Shown: piece after piece, positions 43,237 to 52,395 of the stretch
How positions within the stretch are numbered: position 1 is the stretch's first letter
Layout: every line of letters starts with the position of its first letter
Assembly: GCA_963759725.1 (NCBI GenBank)
Contig: CAVXAE010000003.1
Coordinates: forward strand, 194,406 to 258,405
From: an uncultured Gammaproteobacteria bacterium
GTDB taxonomy: Bacteria; Pseudomonadota; Gammaproteobacteria; Steroidobacterales; Steroidobacteraceae
Direction of reading: 5' to 3'
Length of the DNA stretch: 64,000 nt
Translations under genes and position numbers: made by a program
The notes under the pieces: generated by a model
Seen by the model: the letters and a program-made list of their open reading frames with translations, nothing else
What the model was told of the DNA's origin: nothing
Databases searched by the model: none

Positions 43237-44904
43237 TTACCTTTGGCCTTCGTGCACGACGCGCCCGCCGACCACCGTGCGCAACACCCGTAAGGAACGC
43301 AGGTCCTCGGGTGCCACCGCGTAGGGATCTTCGGAAAGCACGGTGAAATCGGCTCGCCGGCCGACCGTGATCGCTCCCAGTTGTTTCTCTTGAAACGCCG
43401 CGTATGCCGCGCCTTGCGTCATGCTTCGTAGCGCTGCGTCGACGCCCACTCGCTGAGCGGGTTGCCAACCATGGTGAGGTTTTCCGTCCGGCCCACGACG
43501 CGTCACCATTCCGTACAGCGTCATTATCGGATCACCGGCGTCCGAGGCAGGGTAGTCCGTGCCGCTTGCCACTACGACGCCGGCTTCTAGCAAGTCTCGC
43601 GTCCGGTACACCCAGGGGAGCCGGGCCTTTCCCACGCGCGCTTCGGCGAAGCGGCTGTACTCGCCGACGAAAACCGGCTGCATCGACGCGATCACACCGA
43701 GTCGCGCGAAGCGCGCCACGTCTTCATCTCGCAGCATCGAAACGTGCTCGTCGCGAAAGCGAAGCGACCGCGTCGCGCTGCCAGCGCGCTCGAAGGCATC
43801 GAGCAATCGGTGCGTCGCCTCGTCGCCTATCGCGTGGACGTTTACCTGAAAGCCGCGCGCCGCGGCCGCCACGATGATCGAATCAAGTTGCGCGTCGGTG
43901 ACGAGCAATAACCCGCGTTCCTGCGGAGCATCAGCGTAAGGCGCCGACAGCTGCGCGCCACGCGAGCCAAGCGCACCATCGAGCACAACCTTCACACTGC
44001 GGATGGTGAGCATTCCCCCGCCAAGTCCGATCTCTGGGCCACGCTCGAGCGTGCGGGTGAAGTCCGGGTCTTGCGCAGATGCCATGACATACATGCGGAC
44101 TGAAAGTGCGCCGCTCTCAGCGAGTTGCCGGTAGGCAGCGATTTCGCGCAGCGACGCTCCCGCGTCATGTACGCCGGTAAGGCCCCACTTCGCGTATTGA
44201 GCAAGCGCTGCCCGCAAGCGCCGCTTCACATCCATATCGCTCGCCGCCGGCACCACGCGCGTGACGAGATCCATCGCCGAGTCGATGAGGATGCCGCTGG
44301 GCTCGCCGCGCGCGTCCCGCACGATCTTCCCTCCGGTCGGCTCCGGGCTCTGTCGCGAGATTCCAGCGAGCTGCAAGGCGCGCGTGTTCAGCCACACCGC
44401 GTGCCCGTCCACACGGTCAAACATTACCGGATGGCCGGCGCTCACGCTGTCGAGCTCAGTCGCAGTCGGGTACTCAGGTGGCCGCCAGAACTCCTGGTCC
44501 CACCCCGATCCCCTGATCCACGCGCCGGGCGTGGCCGCTGCCGATGCCTTGCGCACACGTTGCAGTATCTCTTCCTTGGAAAGCCGCGCGAGGTCCAGGC
44601 TCTCCAGCAACTCACCCAGAAACAGGGGATGGGCGTGTGCGTCGGTGAAGCCGGGCAGCGCAACGCCTGGTAACACAGTCTGACGCGTCGAATTCACTGC
44701 GAGCGATTGCACGGTCGCGCGAGATCCGACAGCGACGATCTGCCCGTCTCGAACGGCAATCGCCTCCGCACGCGGCTGCTGCGTGTCGAGAGTGATGAAG
44801 CTGCCGACGAAGATTTCATCCGGGGGTGGCGCGTGCTGTGCGGCGAACGCCCGCACAATGAGGAGCGCGCTTAACAGCAAGGATGAGGACAGGGTTTTGC
44901 GCAC
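43237..44904 (-). CDS. secreted amidohydrolase-3 (YtcJ-like) hydrolase, paralog 3
   Basis: Signal MRKTLSSSLLLSALLIVRAFAA. LPGFTDAHAHP, VHAIGDEAT, DEHVS, GTDYPASD motifs. Confidence 0.85.
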   Translation of the reverse strand: MRKTLSSSLLLSALLIVRAFAAQHAPPPDEIFVGSFITLDTQQPRAEAIAVRDGQIVAVGSRATVQSLAVNSTRQTVLPGVALPGFTDAHAHPLFLGELLESLDLARLSKEEILQRVRKASAAATPGAWIRGSGWDQEFWRPPEYPTATELDSVSAGHPVMFDRVDGHAVWLNTRALQLAGISRQSPEPTGGKIVRDARGEPSGILIDSAMDLVTRVVPAASDMDVKRRLRAALAQYAKWGLTGVHDAGASLREIAAYRQLAESGALSVRMYVMASAQDPDFTRTLERGPEIGLGGGMLTIRSVKVVLDGALGSRGAQLSAPYADAPQERGLLLVTDAQLDSIIVAAAARGFQVNVHAIGDEATHRLLDAFERAGSATRSLRFRDEHVSMLRDEDVARFARLGVIASMQPVFVGEYSRFAEARVGKARLPWVYRTRDLLEAGVVVASGTDYPASDAGDPIMTLYGMVTRRGPDGKPHHGWQPAQRVGVDAALRSMTQGAAYAAFQEKQLGAITVGRRADFTVLSEDPYAVAPEDLRSLRVLRTVVGGRVVHEGQR

Positions 44905-45038
44905 AAGGTGTCCGGCAGTCGGACTATGATGTCACGCCGACGGCGACCGAAGTCAAGCCCCGGGCTATTGGTGGCGGCGGCCCTAGCAGCAGAAGAATCT
45001 TTTCGGGCGCGTGTTCGGATGAACTACGGGGATCTCGC

Positions 45039-46379
45039 GTGAGCTCAGGGGAAGTGTCGTTTTCTGAAGCGCTCAGGACCTGGACGCGCATCGCCTTGTT
45101 GAGCTTTGGCGGCCCGGCGGGCCAGATCGCGCTCATGCATCGTGTGCTGGTCGAGGAGAAGCGCTGGATTTCCGAGGAGCGTTTTCTCCATGCGCTGAAC
45201 TACTGCATGTTGCTGCCGGGTCCCGAGGCACAGCAATTGGCCACGTATGTCGGCTGGCTGATGCATGGAACGCGAGGTGGACTTGCAGCCGGAACACTGT
45301 TCATCCTGCCCGGCTTTCTGGCCATCATGGTGTTCAGCGTGCTCTACGTCGCGCTCGGCCATCATCCTTTCGTTAGTGGAATCTTTCTTGGACTGAAGGC
45401 CGCCGTGGTTGCTTTGGTGATTCAGGCCGTCTTTCGGGTGGGACGGCGAGCGCTGCGAAACAGATTGTCACTCACCATTGCGCTGCTCGCCTTCCTGTCG
45501 CTTGCGTTGTTCACCATCCCCTTCCCGCTCATCATTCTCGCCGCGGCTATTTTTGGCTTTTTCTGGACGCGCGCCGGGCGCCGTGAGTTATTGTTTGCCT
45601 CAGCGCATGGTGCGAGCACGACCGAAGTGTCTTCCTCTGTCACTCACTCCATGCGCAGCCCCGTCGCGAATTCCTGGCAACGCACCGCCAAGTTGCTGGC
45701 GATAGGCTTGCCCTTGTGGCTGGGCCCGGTCGCTGCGCTTATGGCGTGGGTCGGGCCGGCGCATGTGCTAACGCAAGTGGGCGCGTTCTTCAGTCGAATG
45801 GCCGTCGTTACCTTTGGCGGCGCTTACGCAGTACTGACCTACGTAACGCAACAGGCTGTGGATCGCTATGAATGGGTCTCACCGGCACAGATGCTTGATG
45901 GTCTGGGCCTTGCGGAGTCGACACCTGGTCCGCTGATCATGGTCGTACAGTTCGTGGGCTTCCTCGCGGGCTATCAGGCGCACGGCGGTTCGCTCGCCCT
46001 CGCAGTGGCGGCCGCGTGCCTCACGGTATGGGTGACGTTCGTGCCCTGCTTTCTCTGGATCTTTCTCGGGGCGCCTTACGTCGAATCACTGCGCCAGAAT
46101 CAGGCGCTGAGCGGAGCGTTGGCGGCAATCACCGCCGCAGTAGTCGGCGTCATTGCGAATCTGGCCTTTTGGTTTGCGTTACACGTTCTCTTTGCGACGG
46201 TCACACCGCGTAATCTCGGGCCGGTTGAGGTAAACGTGCCGGACCCGGCTTCCATCCAGGCTATGTCCCTTCTGCTCATCGGGCTGGCACTGTTCATGAT
46301 GTTCAAGCTGCGATGGAACATCACCCGAACGCTGCCTATCTGCGCTGCGATCGGAATCGCCGTTTCGCTGCTGACTTAG
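45039..46379 (+). CDS. chrA: chromate transporter ChrA (two-domain long form)
   Basis: LLSFGGPAGQIALMHRVLVEEKRWISEERFLHALNYCMLLPGPEAQQLATYVGW, and a second CHR repeat VTFGGAYAVLTYV.... GTG start at 45039 inferred. Confidence 0.85.
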   Translation: MSSGEVSFSEALRTWTRIALLSFGGPAGQIALMHRVLVEEKRWISEERFLHALNYCMLLPGPEAQQLATYVGWLMHGTRGGLAAGTLFILPGFLAIMVFSVLYVALGHHPFVSGIFLGLKAAVVALVIQAVFRVGRRALRNRLSLTIALLAFLSLALFTIPFPLIILAAAIFGFFWTRAGRRELLFASAHGASTTEVSSSVTHSMRSPVANSWQRTAKLLAIGLPLWLGPVAALMAWVGPAHVLTQVGAFFSRMAVVTFGGAYAVLTYVTQQAVDRYEWVSPAQMLDGLGLAESTPGPLIMVVQFVGFLAGYQAHGGSLALAVAAACLTVWVTFVPCFLWIFLGAPYVESLRQNQALSGALAAITAAVVGVIANLAFWFALHVLFATVTPRNLGPVEVNVPDPASIQAMSLLLIGLALFMMFKLRWNITRTLPICAAIGIAVSLLT

Positions 46380-46404
46380 GAGCGGCCTGAGGTCAAAGGC
46401 TGAC

Positions 46405-47439
46405 CTACTCTGCGCTCGCCTTCTTGAAATCTGCGGGAATGTCGAAAGCAGCTGGAGGCACGGCGGCAGTCGACACCGCGGTGAGCTCCGAAGTCAAGGT
46501 GATCAGCGGCACCATGCCGGCCGGCAGCGCCGAAGCTGCGGGCGTGGTCTGGGCCTGTTGATCAGCCTTCTTGCGCTTGAATATCGAGCCGACGATCTGG
46601 CCTGCAACGCCACCCGCCGCGGACGAATCCGCACCGCTTGCCTGCGCCGCCTGCTCGCCCTGGCACTGCGGCCCACCGACCGCGAATGCGAAACTGGTCT
46701 TGACCGGATAGCCTTGCACGTCGCCCGTCTTCTTCGCGATCTCGGTCCAGACTCCCTGATACCGGCCAAACATGGTCTTCGCGCGCTCAGCGAGATCGCG
46801 CGATACCGCGGCGTCGTAGCCCATTTTCTGCGCGTAGGCGCGCTGGAACCTCAATGCGTCGACGCCGCCATCGAAGCGCGGGGCGATCCACTGATCGAGC
46901 GACAGGGTCACGTCGCAAACGGATCCTGTCTGTTTGTCACGGCACGACTGTGAAGCGAGGATGGTGAGCCGTTCCGCATCGAAGCCGGCAAACTGTGCCT
47001 TCTCGCCGGTGCGCTTCACATCCGCCTTGGGAGGTGACCACTCGCATTGGGATTCATCGAGGGGCGTTGGCTGCTTCGCCTGTTCGGCCTGCTGGCGAGC
47101 CGCTTCGAGCTTCGCGCGCATCTCGTCGAAGGTGGCCTCGGTATATTGCTTCTTCTTCAGATCGAGCTCGTACACCTTCCCCTCATCCAGCTTCACGATG
47201 TCGGCCGTGGGGCCCATGCCGCGCGCCACCATGCGCACGAGACGGGATTGCATTTTCAGGTCGCTCTCCGTGCGTGAGCGGTCGCCGGAAATGGCGGTCT
47301 TGGTGGTGCCGCTCATGTTGGCCATCCGCATGAGGCCTGCGCCCTCGACGGAAATGCGTTCCTCCAGCGTGATGTCGGCGAATGCCGATGCACACACCAA
47401 GATAGACCCGACGGCGAGAACCAGCGATCGACGGAGCAT
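46405..47439 (-). CDS. hypothetical secreted protein
   Basis: ATG 47439 gives the signal peptide MLRRSLVLAVGSILVCASAFA. 344 aa. No family recognised. Last gene of the EF-G2/protease transcription unit by position. Confidence 0.6.
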   Translation of the reverse strand: MLRRSLVLAVGSILVCASAFADITLEERISVEGAGLMRMANMSGTTKTAISGDRSRTESDLKMQSRLVRMVARGMGPTADIVKLDEGKVYELDLKKKQYTEATFDEMRAKLEAARQQAEQAKQPTPLDESQCEWSPPKADVKRTGEKAQFAGFDAERLTILASQSCRDKQTGSVCDVTLSLDQWIAPRFDGGVDALRFQRAYAQKMGYDAAVSRDLAERAKTMFGRYQGVWTEIAKKTGDVQGYPVKTSFAFAVGGPQCQGEQAAQASGADSSAAGGVAGQIVGSIFKRKKADQQAQTTPAASALPAGMVPLITLTSELTAVSTAAVPPAAFDIPADFKKASAE

Positions 47440-47726
47440 TGCGAACCTCCAGGCAGAGTGCGGCATACAGCAATAAATGTGCCGGCGTCTACAGTTGCCG
47501 GCGCGCGCATCATTGTAGTACGACAACGTTTCGGCACCCGCTGGCGCCAGGTCAGCGAGCCGTTCATCGACTTGAGATACGTGAGCACCGTCTCTGCACA
47601 GGCGTCTGCGACCGGCGAGGCGCCCGCCCCTGCAAAGCGCAAGAGGACTCGGCGGGGCATGCATTGAAGCTAGCTCCAGCGCGCCGGCTGGTTTTCGCGG
47701 TCGATGCATCGCCTCGAAGGATTCGC

Positions 47727-48560
47727 CTAGCGAAAAGCGGAGCTCATCCGACTTGGTCTCAATGCTTGGCTCGAGGCTTCACCCGGCTCTAGAACCAGCG
47801 GCAAACATCCTCCCCAGCACGAGCTCAAATTCGTGCACGAGCCCAGAGCCGCGGCCGTCTCGCTGCGCTCAACCACCCGGTCCGGGTAGATGACGCCCGT
47901 ATAGACTCCCAGCAGCGCAATCTCATCGTCACGTTCAGCGAAGACCGGACCGCCGGACATTCCCGGCGCGCCTCCGGCATCCAAAAGAAAATCCAGACCC
48001 CTGCCGCCAATCGCCGTGGCTGCGACGAACCTCGTTAGCACCACCGGCGTGGGCTGCACGAGTCCGCACGCACCGTGCTCGTACGGAAATCCCACGACGT
48101 AAATCCTCTCGCCCGGCGTCAGTGTCGCGTCCGATGGCAACACCGGATCCGAAACGAGCTGCAAGTCCGACACTTTTACATCCCTCGGCAGGGGAATCTT
48201 CACGGCATCGTGCCACGAGGGTACATACAGCCCGATCGCATTCAGGTCGGGGTGTGGCAGATGCGCGCCATTCTGATACCAAAGAGGCTTCTTGGGTCGT
48301 GCAGCCTCGTCATACAGAGGCACGATGAAGGACTGATCCCGCGCGAACACCTCGAGAAATGCCCGCTTCGGAAGCGCATTCGTTACGCGCAGATCGTTGC
48401 GATCGTATCCGGTGACGACGTGCCAGCACGTGTAGAGGAATGGCACTCCGTCCTCGATTCGGACGAAGCCCGACGCGCTCGCGTGCTTCAGCGGCTTCCT
48501 GTCTTCGTCGAGACATCGAAGCTGCACGGATCGGGACGAGAGCTCCCGTTGCGAGCTCAC
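47727..48560 (-). CDS. cytoplasmic trypsin-like (chymotrypsin-fold, Trypsin_2-type) serine protease
   Basis: No signal peptide. His motif FLYTCWHVVTG. Ser motif DAGGAPGMSGGPVF. Starts 19 nt after the EF-G2 stop. Confidence 0.7.
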   Translation of the reverse strand: MSSQRELSSRSVQLRCLDEDRKPLKHASASGFVRIEDGVPFLYTCWHVVTGYDRNDLRVTNALPKRAFLEVFARDQSFIVPLYDEAARPKKPLWYQNGAHLPHPDLNAIGLYVPSWHDAVKIPLPRDVKVSDLQLVSDPVLPSDATLTPGERIYVVGFPYEHGACGLVQPTPVVLTRFVAATAIGGRGLDFLLDAGGAPGMSGGPVFAERDDEIALLGVYTGVIYPDRVVERSETAAALGSCTNLSSCWGGCLPLVLEPGEASSQALRPSRMSSAFR

Positions 48561-48579
48561 GCAGGCACCGTCCCCATCT

Positions 48580-50736
48580 TCACGCGTTCGCTGCCGCCTT
48601 CTTGGCCGCTACTTCGGCAATCACCTCGTCTGCCACGTTCTTCGGCACCGGTTCGTAGTGCGAGAACTCCATGGTGTACGAAGCGCGGCCGCTGGTCATC
48701 GAACGGAGTTGGCCGATGTACCCGAACATTTCCGACAGGGGCACGGTACCCACGACGGCGATGTTGGCGCCGCGCTCGATCTGATCCTGAATGGTGCCGC
48801 GGCGGCGGTTCATGTCGCCGATTACGTCGCCCAGATAGTCGCCCGGCGTCACGGTTTCGACCTTCATCACCGGCTCGAGCAGGATCGGCCCCGCCTTGCG
48901 CACGGCTTCGCGGAAGCACGCCTTGGCCGCGATCTCGAAGGTGAGCGCGTTCGAGTCGACGTCGTGGTAGCTGCCATCGGTCAGCGTGGCGCGGAAATCT
49001 ACGGTCGGGAAGTGCGCCAGAACGCCATCCTCCTTCTGCATCTTGAGCCCCTTCTCCACCGACGGCACGAACTCGCGCGGCACCGAGCCGCCCGAAGTGT
49101 CGTCGACGAACTCGAAGCCTTTGCTGCGTTCGAGCGGCTCAAACGTGATCCACACTTCGGCAAACTGACCGGAGCCGCCCGTCTGCTTCTTGTGAACGTA
49201 TTGCTCGGCGATTTTGCGCGTGAACGTTTCGCGATAGGCGACCTGCGGCTCGCCCATGGTGCCCTCGACATTGAATTCCGTGCGCATGCGATCGAGCGTC
49301 ACCTCGAGATGTAGCTCGCCCATGCCGCGCAGGATCGTCTGGCCCGTTTCGCGGTCCGTTTCCAGGTGTAGCGAAGGATCGGCACGAACCATCTTGCCGA
49401 GCGCGGCGCCAAACTTCTCCTGATCGGCCTTGACCTTCGGTTGCACGGATACGCTGATCACCGGGTCCGGGAAGCGCATGCGCTCCAGGATCACCGGGTC
49501 GGCGGAATCGCACAGCGTGTCGCCGGTTTCCGTTTCCTGCAGCGAGACCAGCGCGATGATGTCGCCGGCGCGCGCCTCTTCGATCGCATTCGCTTCCTTG
49601 GCGAACATCTCGACCATGCGGCCGATCTTTTCACGCTTGCCACGCGTCGTGTTCTGCACGGAGGCGCCCTTGGCGAGCACTCCCGAATACACCCGCACGA
49701 ACGTCAGAGCGCCATACACATCGTTGATGACCTTGAAAGCGAGCCCGGCGAACGGCTCATCATCCGCACACTTGCGCTCGCCGACGACATGGCCGTCTTC
49801 GTCCAAAGTCTTGATCGCCGGGACGTCCGTTGGCGCCGGCATGTAGTCGACGACGGCATCCAGTACCTGCTGCACTCCCTTGTTCTTGTATGAGGAGCCA
49901 CACAGCACGGGGTTGAATGCACCCGTCACGGTGCCTTTGCGCAGGCACATGCGCAGCACGTCCGCAGAAGGCGCGTGGCCTTCTTCGATGTACTTGTGCA
50001 TGGCGTCGTCGTCCATCTCCAGGCACGTGTCGACGAGCTCGGTGCGGTACTTCTCGACATCGCCGAGAATCTTTCGATCCGTCGGCACATGGATGCCGAG
50101 CTTGTCGGCGATGTCCGGCGTGACATCGAGCGTCTGCCACTCGGCGTCCTTGTCGTCCGAATCCCATACCAGCGCCTTCATCTCGACGAGGTCGATCATG
50201 CCCTTGAAGTTGTCTTCCGAGCCGATGGGAATCTGAATCGGCAGCGGCCGCGCGCCGAGGCGCTTCTTGATCATGTCCACACAGCGCGTGAAGTTGGCGC
50301 CGCTGCGGTCCATCTTGTTGACGTAGCAGATGCGCGGCACACCGTAGTTGTCCGCGAGGCGCCAGTTGGTCTCGGACTGCGGCTCTACGCCGGCAACACC
50401 GTCGAAGACCACCACGGCGCCGTCCAGCACGCGCAGCGAGCGATTCACCTCGATCGTGAAATCGACGTGCCCTGGGGTGTCGATGAGGTTGATCTTTTTG
50501 TCGCGCCAGAAGCAGGACACCGCCGCGCTTTGGATGGTGATACCTCGCTTCTGCTCCTGCTCGAGGTAGTCCGTGGTTGTCGAGGTCTTCAGATCCTTGG
50601 TGTCATGGATGTCGATGATCGTGTGCTTGCGCCCCGTGTAATAGAGGATGCGCTCCGTAGTCGTGGTTTTGCCCGCATCGACGTGGGCAATGATGCCGAT
50701 GTTGCGGATGTCGGAAAGAGCGGTCGTACGTGCCAT
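48580..50736 (-). CDS. fusA: elongation factor G paralog (EF-G2 type, outside the str operon)
   Basis: Full five-domain EF-G: [28 protein letters not shown], ...[16 protein letters not shown]. Switch I is 6 residues longer than E. coli EF-G ([32 protein letters not shown]). Confidence 0.9.
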   Translation of the reverse strand: MARTTALSDIRNIGIIAHVDAGKTTTTERILYYTGRKHTIIDIHDTKDLKTSTTTDYLEQEQKRGITIQSAAVSCFWRDKKINLIDTPGHVDFTIEVNRSLRVLDGAVVVFDGVAGVEPQSETNWRLADNYGVPRICYVNKMDRSGANFTRCVDMIKKRLGARPLPIQIPIGSEDNFKGMIDLVEMKALVWDSDDKDAEWQTLDVTPDIADKLGIHVPTDRKILGDVEKYRTELVDTCLEMDDDAMHKYIEEGHAPSADVLRMCLRKGTVTGAFNPVLCGSSYKNKGVQQVLDAVVDYMPAPTDVPAIKTLDEDGHVVGERKCADDEPFAGLAFKVINDVYGALTFVRVYSGVLAKGASVQNTTRGKREKIGRMVEMFAKEANAIEEARAGDIIALVSLQETETGDTLCDSADPVILERMRFPDPVISVSVQPKVKADQEKFGAALGKMVRADPSLHLETDRETGQTILRGMGELHLEVTLDRMRTEFNVEGTMGEPQVAYRETFTRKIAEQYVHKKQTGGSGQFAEVWITFEPLERSKGFEFVDDTSGGSVPREFVPSVEKGLKMQKEDGVLAHFPTVDFRATLTDGSYHDVDSNALTFEIAAKACFREAVRKAGPILLEPVMKVETVTPGDYLGDVIGDMNRRRGTIQDQIERGANIAVVGTVPLSEMFGYIGQLRSMTSGRASYTMEFSHYEPVPKNVADEVIAEVAAKKAAANA

Positions 50737-50869
50737 GGGCAGTTTCTCTTGCAGGTTTTCGGATCAATCGGTCAGCCAGGCAGGCCGCAAATCCGAGGAC
50801 TCGGGACGCTAAAAGGCCCGGCATCCTATAGAAATGGCCTCAGAAGCTCAAATGGGGGTCCTGGCCCCG

Positions 50870-50884
50870 GAATATAGAATATTC
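50870..50884. promoter_or_regulatory. inverted repeat GAATAT-AGA-ATATTC in the divergent EF-G2/PRMT-like intergenic region (possible operator; overlaps a TATAGAAT -10-like element)
   Basis: Perfect 6+6 inverted repeat read directly. This is the only AT-rich element in the 245-bp intergenic region. Confidence 0.25.
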
Positions 50885-50981
50885 TTGCTGCCTCGCCTCG
50901 AGCTCCCAGACCTGGCCATTGCCGAAACATAGAGAAGGCCGCTCGCCAAGCCGAGCGGCCCCGAAAACCCACGGATACCGA

Positions 50982-51938
50982 ATGCTTCACTACGACCGCA
51001 TCAACTCGCAGCTGCGAATGATATGGGACGAATTACGCTGTCGTTCCTATGGCACGGCCATTTCCCGGGCGATAAAACCCGGTGATGTGGTCATCGATTT
51101 CGGCAGCGGCCTGGGGATCTGGGCAATGTCCGCGGCACGAAGTGGCGCCTCCCGGGTCTACGCGATCGAAGCGAACGATGATGTTGCAGACGTTGCGCGA
51201 GCGTTGATCGCCGAGAACGGCTTCAGCGACAGGATCACCTTGATCAACGCGGATGCAGGAACGGTCGATCTTCCCGAGAAAGCCGATCTCATCATTTCCG
51301 AACTGCTCAACTGCGCCGGATTCAATGAATACGACGGCCAGCCCCTGATGAAGGTGCGCGACCGTTACCTCAAGCCCGGCGGGCGCATGATCCCGCAGCG
51401 CATTCGGCATCTGATCCGGCCGTGCGATCTGCAGATCCAGTTCAAGTCCGACGACGGCCTGTGGGCCGACGACATGTATGGCTTTACCTGGAAAGCCGTG
51501 AAGAATTTCGCCTCCGCGAGCTCAACCAGCACCGTCATGCGGGACTACGCGTGGGCCGCTCCCGCACATATCTGGTGGGATCTGGATCTCGTGCATGACG
51601 ATTTGTCCGGTAATCTGTATCGGTACGGAATTCCCGTGCGGTGGGAGATTCAGGCGCCAAGCCGGATACATGGTGTCGTGGCGTACTTCGAAGCGGACGT
51701 CGATGACACCATCATGCTGTCGACGTCGCCGGATGCTCCCCCAACACATTGGGGACACACTTTCCTCTCGTTCCCCCGCGCGCTGCAGGCGCTTCAGGGC
51801 GACTTGCTCGACGTGAGAATAGCCTTCTCCACAGGCCGTGGCTTGGCCACATACCCCATGTCAGTCACCTGGACGCGTGCAGGAACGGTCATCGACCGCT
51901 TCGATACCTATCCCGGCTCGATCGTCGAGGCCGCGTAG
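50982..51938 (+). CDS. protein arginine N-methyltransferase (PRMT)-like class I SAM-dependent methyltransferase
   Basis: Motif I VVIDFGSGLGIWAM, post-I VYAIE, double-E loop ISELLNCAGFNEYDG, THW loop APPTHWGHTF. Length (318 aa) fits a Rossmann domain plus beta-barrel. Confidence 0.7.
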   Translation: MLHYDRINSQLRMIWDELRCRSYGTAISRAIKPGDVVIDFGSGLGIWAMSAARSGASRVYAIEANDDVADVARALIAENGFSDRITLINADAGTVDLPEKADLIISELLNCAGFNEYDGQPLMKVRDRYLKPGGRMIPQRIRHLIRPCDLQIQFKSDDGLWADDMYGFTWKAVKNFASASSTSTVMRDYAWAAPAHIWWDLDLVHDDLSGNLYRYGIPVRWEIQAPSRIHGVVAYFEADVDDTIMLSTSPDAPPTHWGHTFLSFPRALQALQGDLLDVRIAFSTGRGLATYPMSVTWTRAGTVIDRFDTYPGSIVEAA

Positions 51939-52024
51939 GCAGGCAGGTCAGCCGAGCACGAGCGCTCGCTTCCATGTCGGTCGACGGAATCTGCGAATAT
52001 GCGCGCACAACGGAGGACCCCGAT

Positions 52025-52381
52025 ATGTCCGAGGCAATGTGCGGCGTTCTGGTCTGGATCGCACTCGTCTTCATCGCGGAGCCGCTGCCTGCCCAGCAGT
52101 CTGCGGCGTCCGCGGCGCTGCCTGACTGCTCGTGGACCACGAAGACGCAATGGGCGCAGAGCGAGGCACAGCTCGTGAAGCCTGCGGGCAGCAGCTCGGG
52201 TCCAATCATGGCTGACCTGATCGTCCGCTACGACGCGCGCAAAGCGTGGGACCACCAGGACGACGTGAAGGCGTGCAACGCTGACGAGGCGTGTATCAAA
52301 ACTGCGAATGCCAGGCGAGACGCTAGAGCAGAACCCAAACAGCGGGAGCTCGCCGAGTGCGACAGCCTCGGCAGTAAATAG
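52025..52381 (+). CDS. hypothetical small secreted Cys-containing protein
   Basis: MSEAMCGVLVWIALVFIAEPLPAQQ signal-like N-terminus. Start choice is uncertain (51974, 52025 or 52037). Confidence 0.4.
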   Translation: MSEAMCGVLVWIALVFIAEPLPAQQSAASAALPDCSWTTKTQWAQSEAQLVKPAGSSSGPIMADLIVRYDARKAWDHQDDVKACNADEACIKTANARRDARAEPKQRELAECDSLGSK

Positions 52382-52395
52382 CCTCGCGGCTTAGC

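Noticed and set aside
50919-50981. Upstream start (50919) for the PRMT-like gene, giving MPKHREGRSPSRAAPKTHGYR-.
   Set aside because: The extension is encoded by the hairpin-forming leader (50937-50960) and has no homology. ATG 50982 begins the conserved domain.
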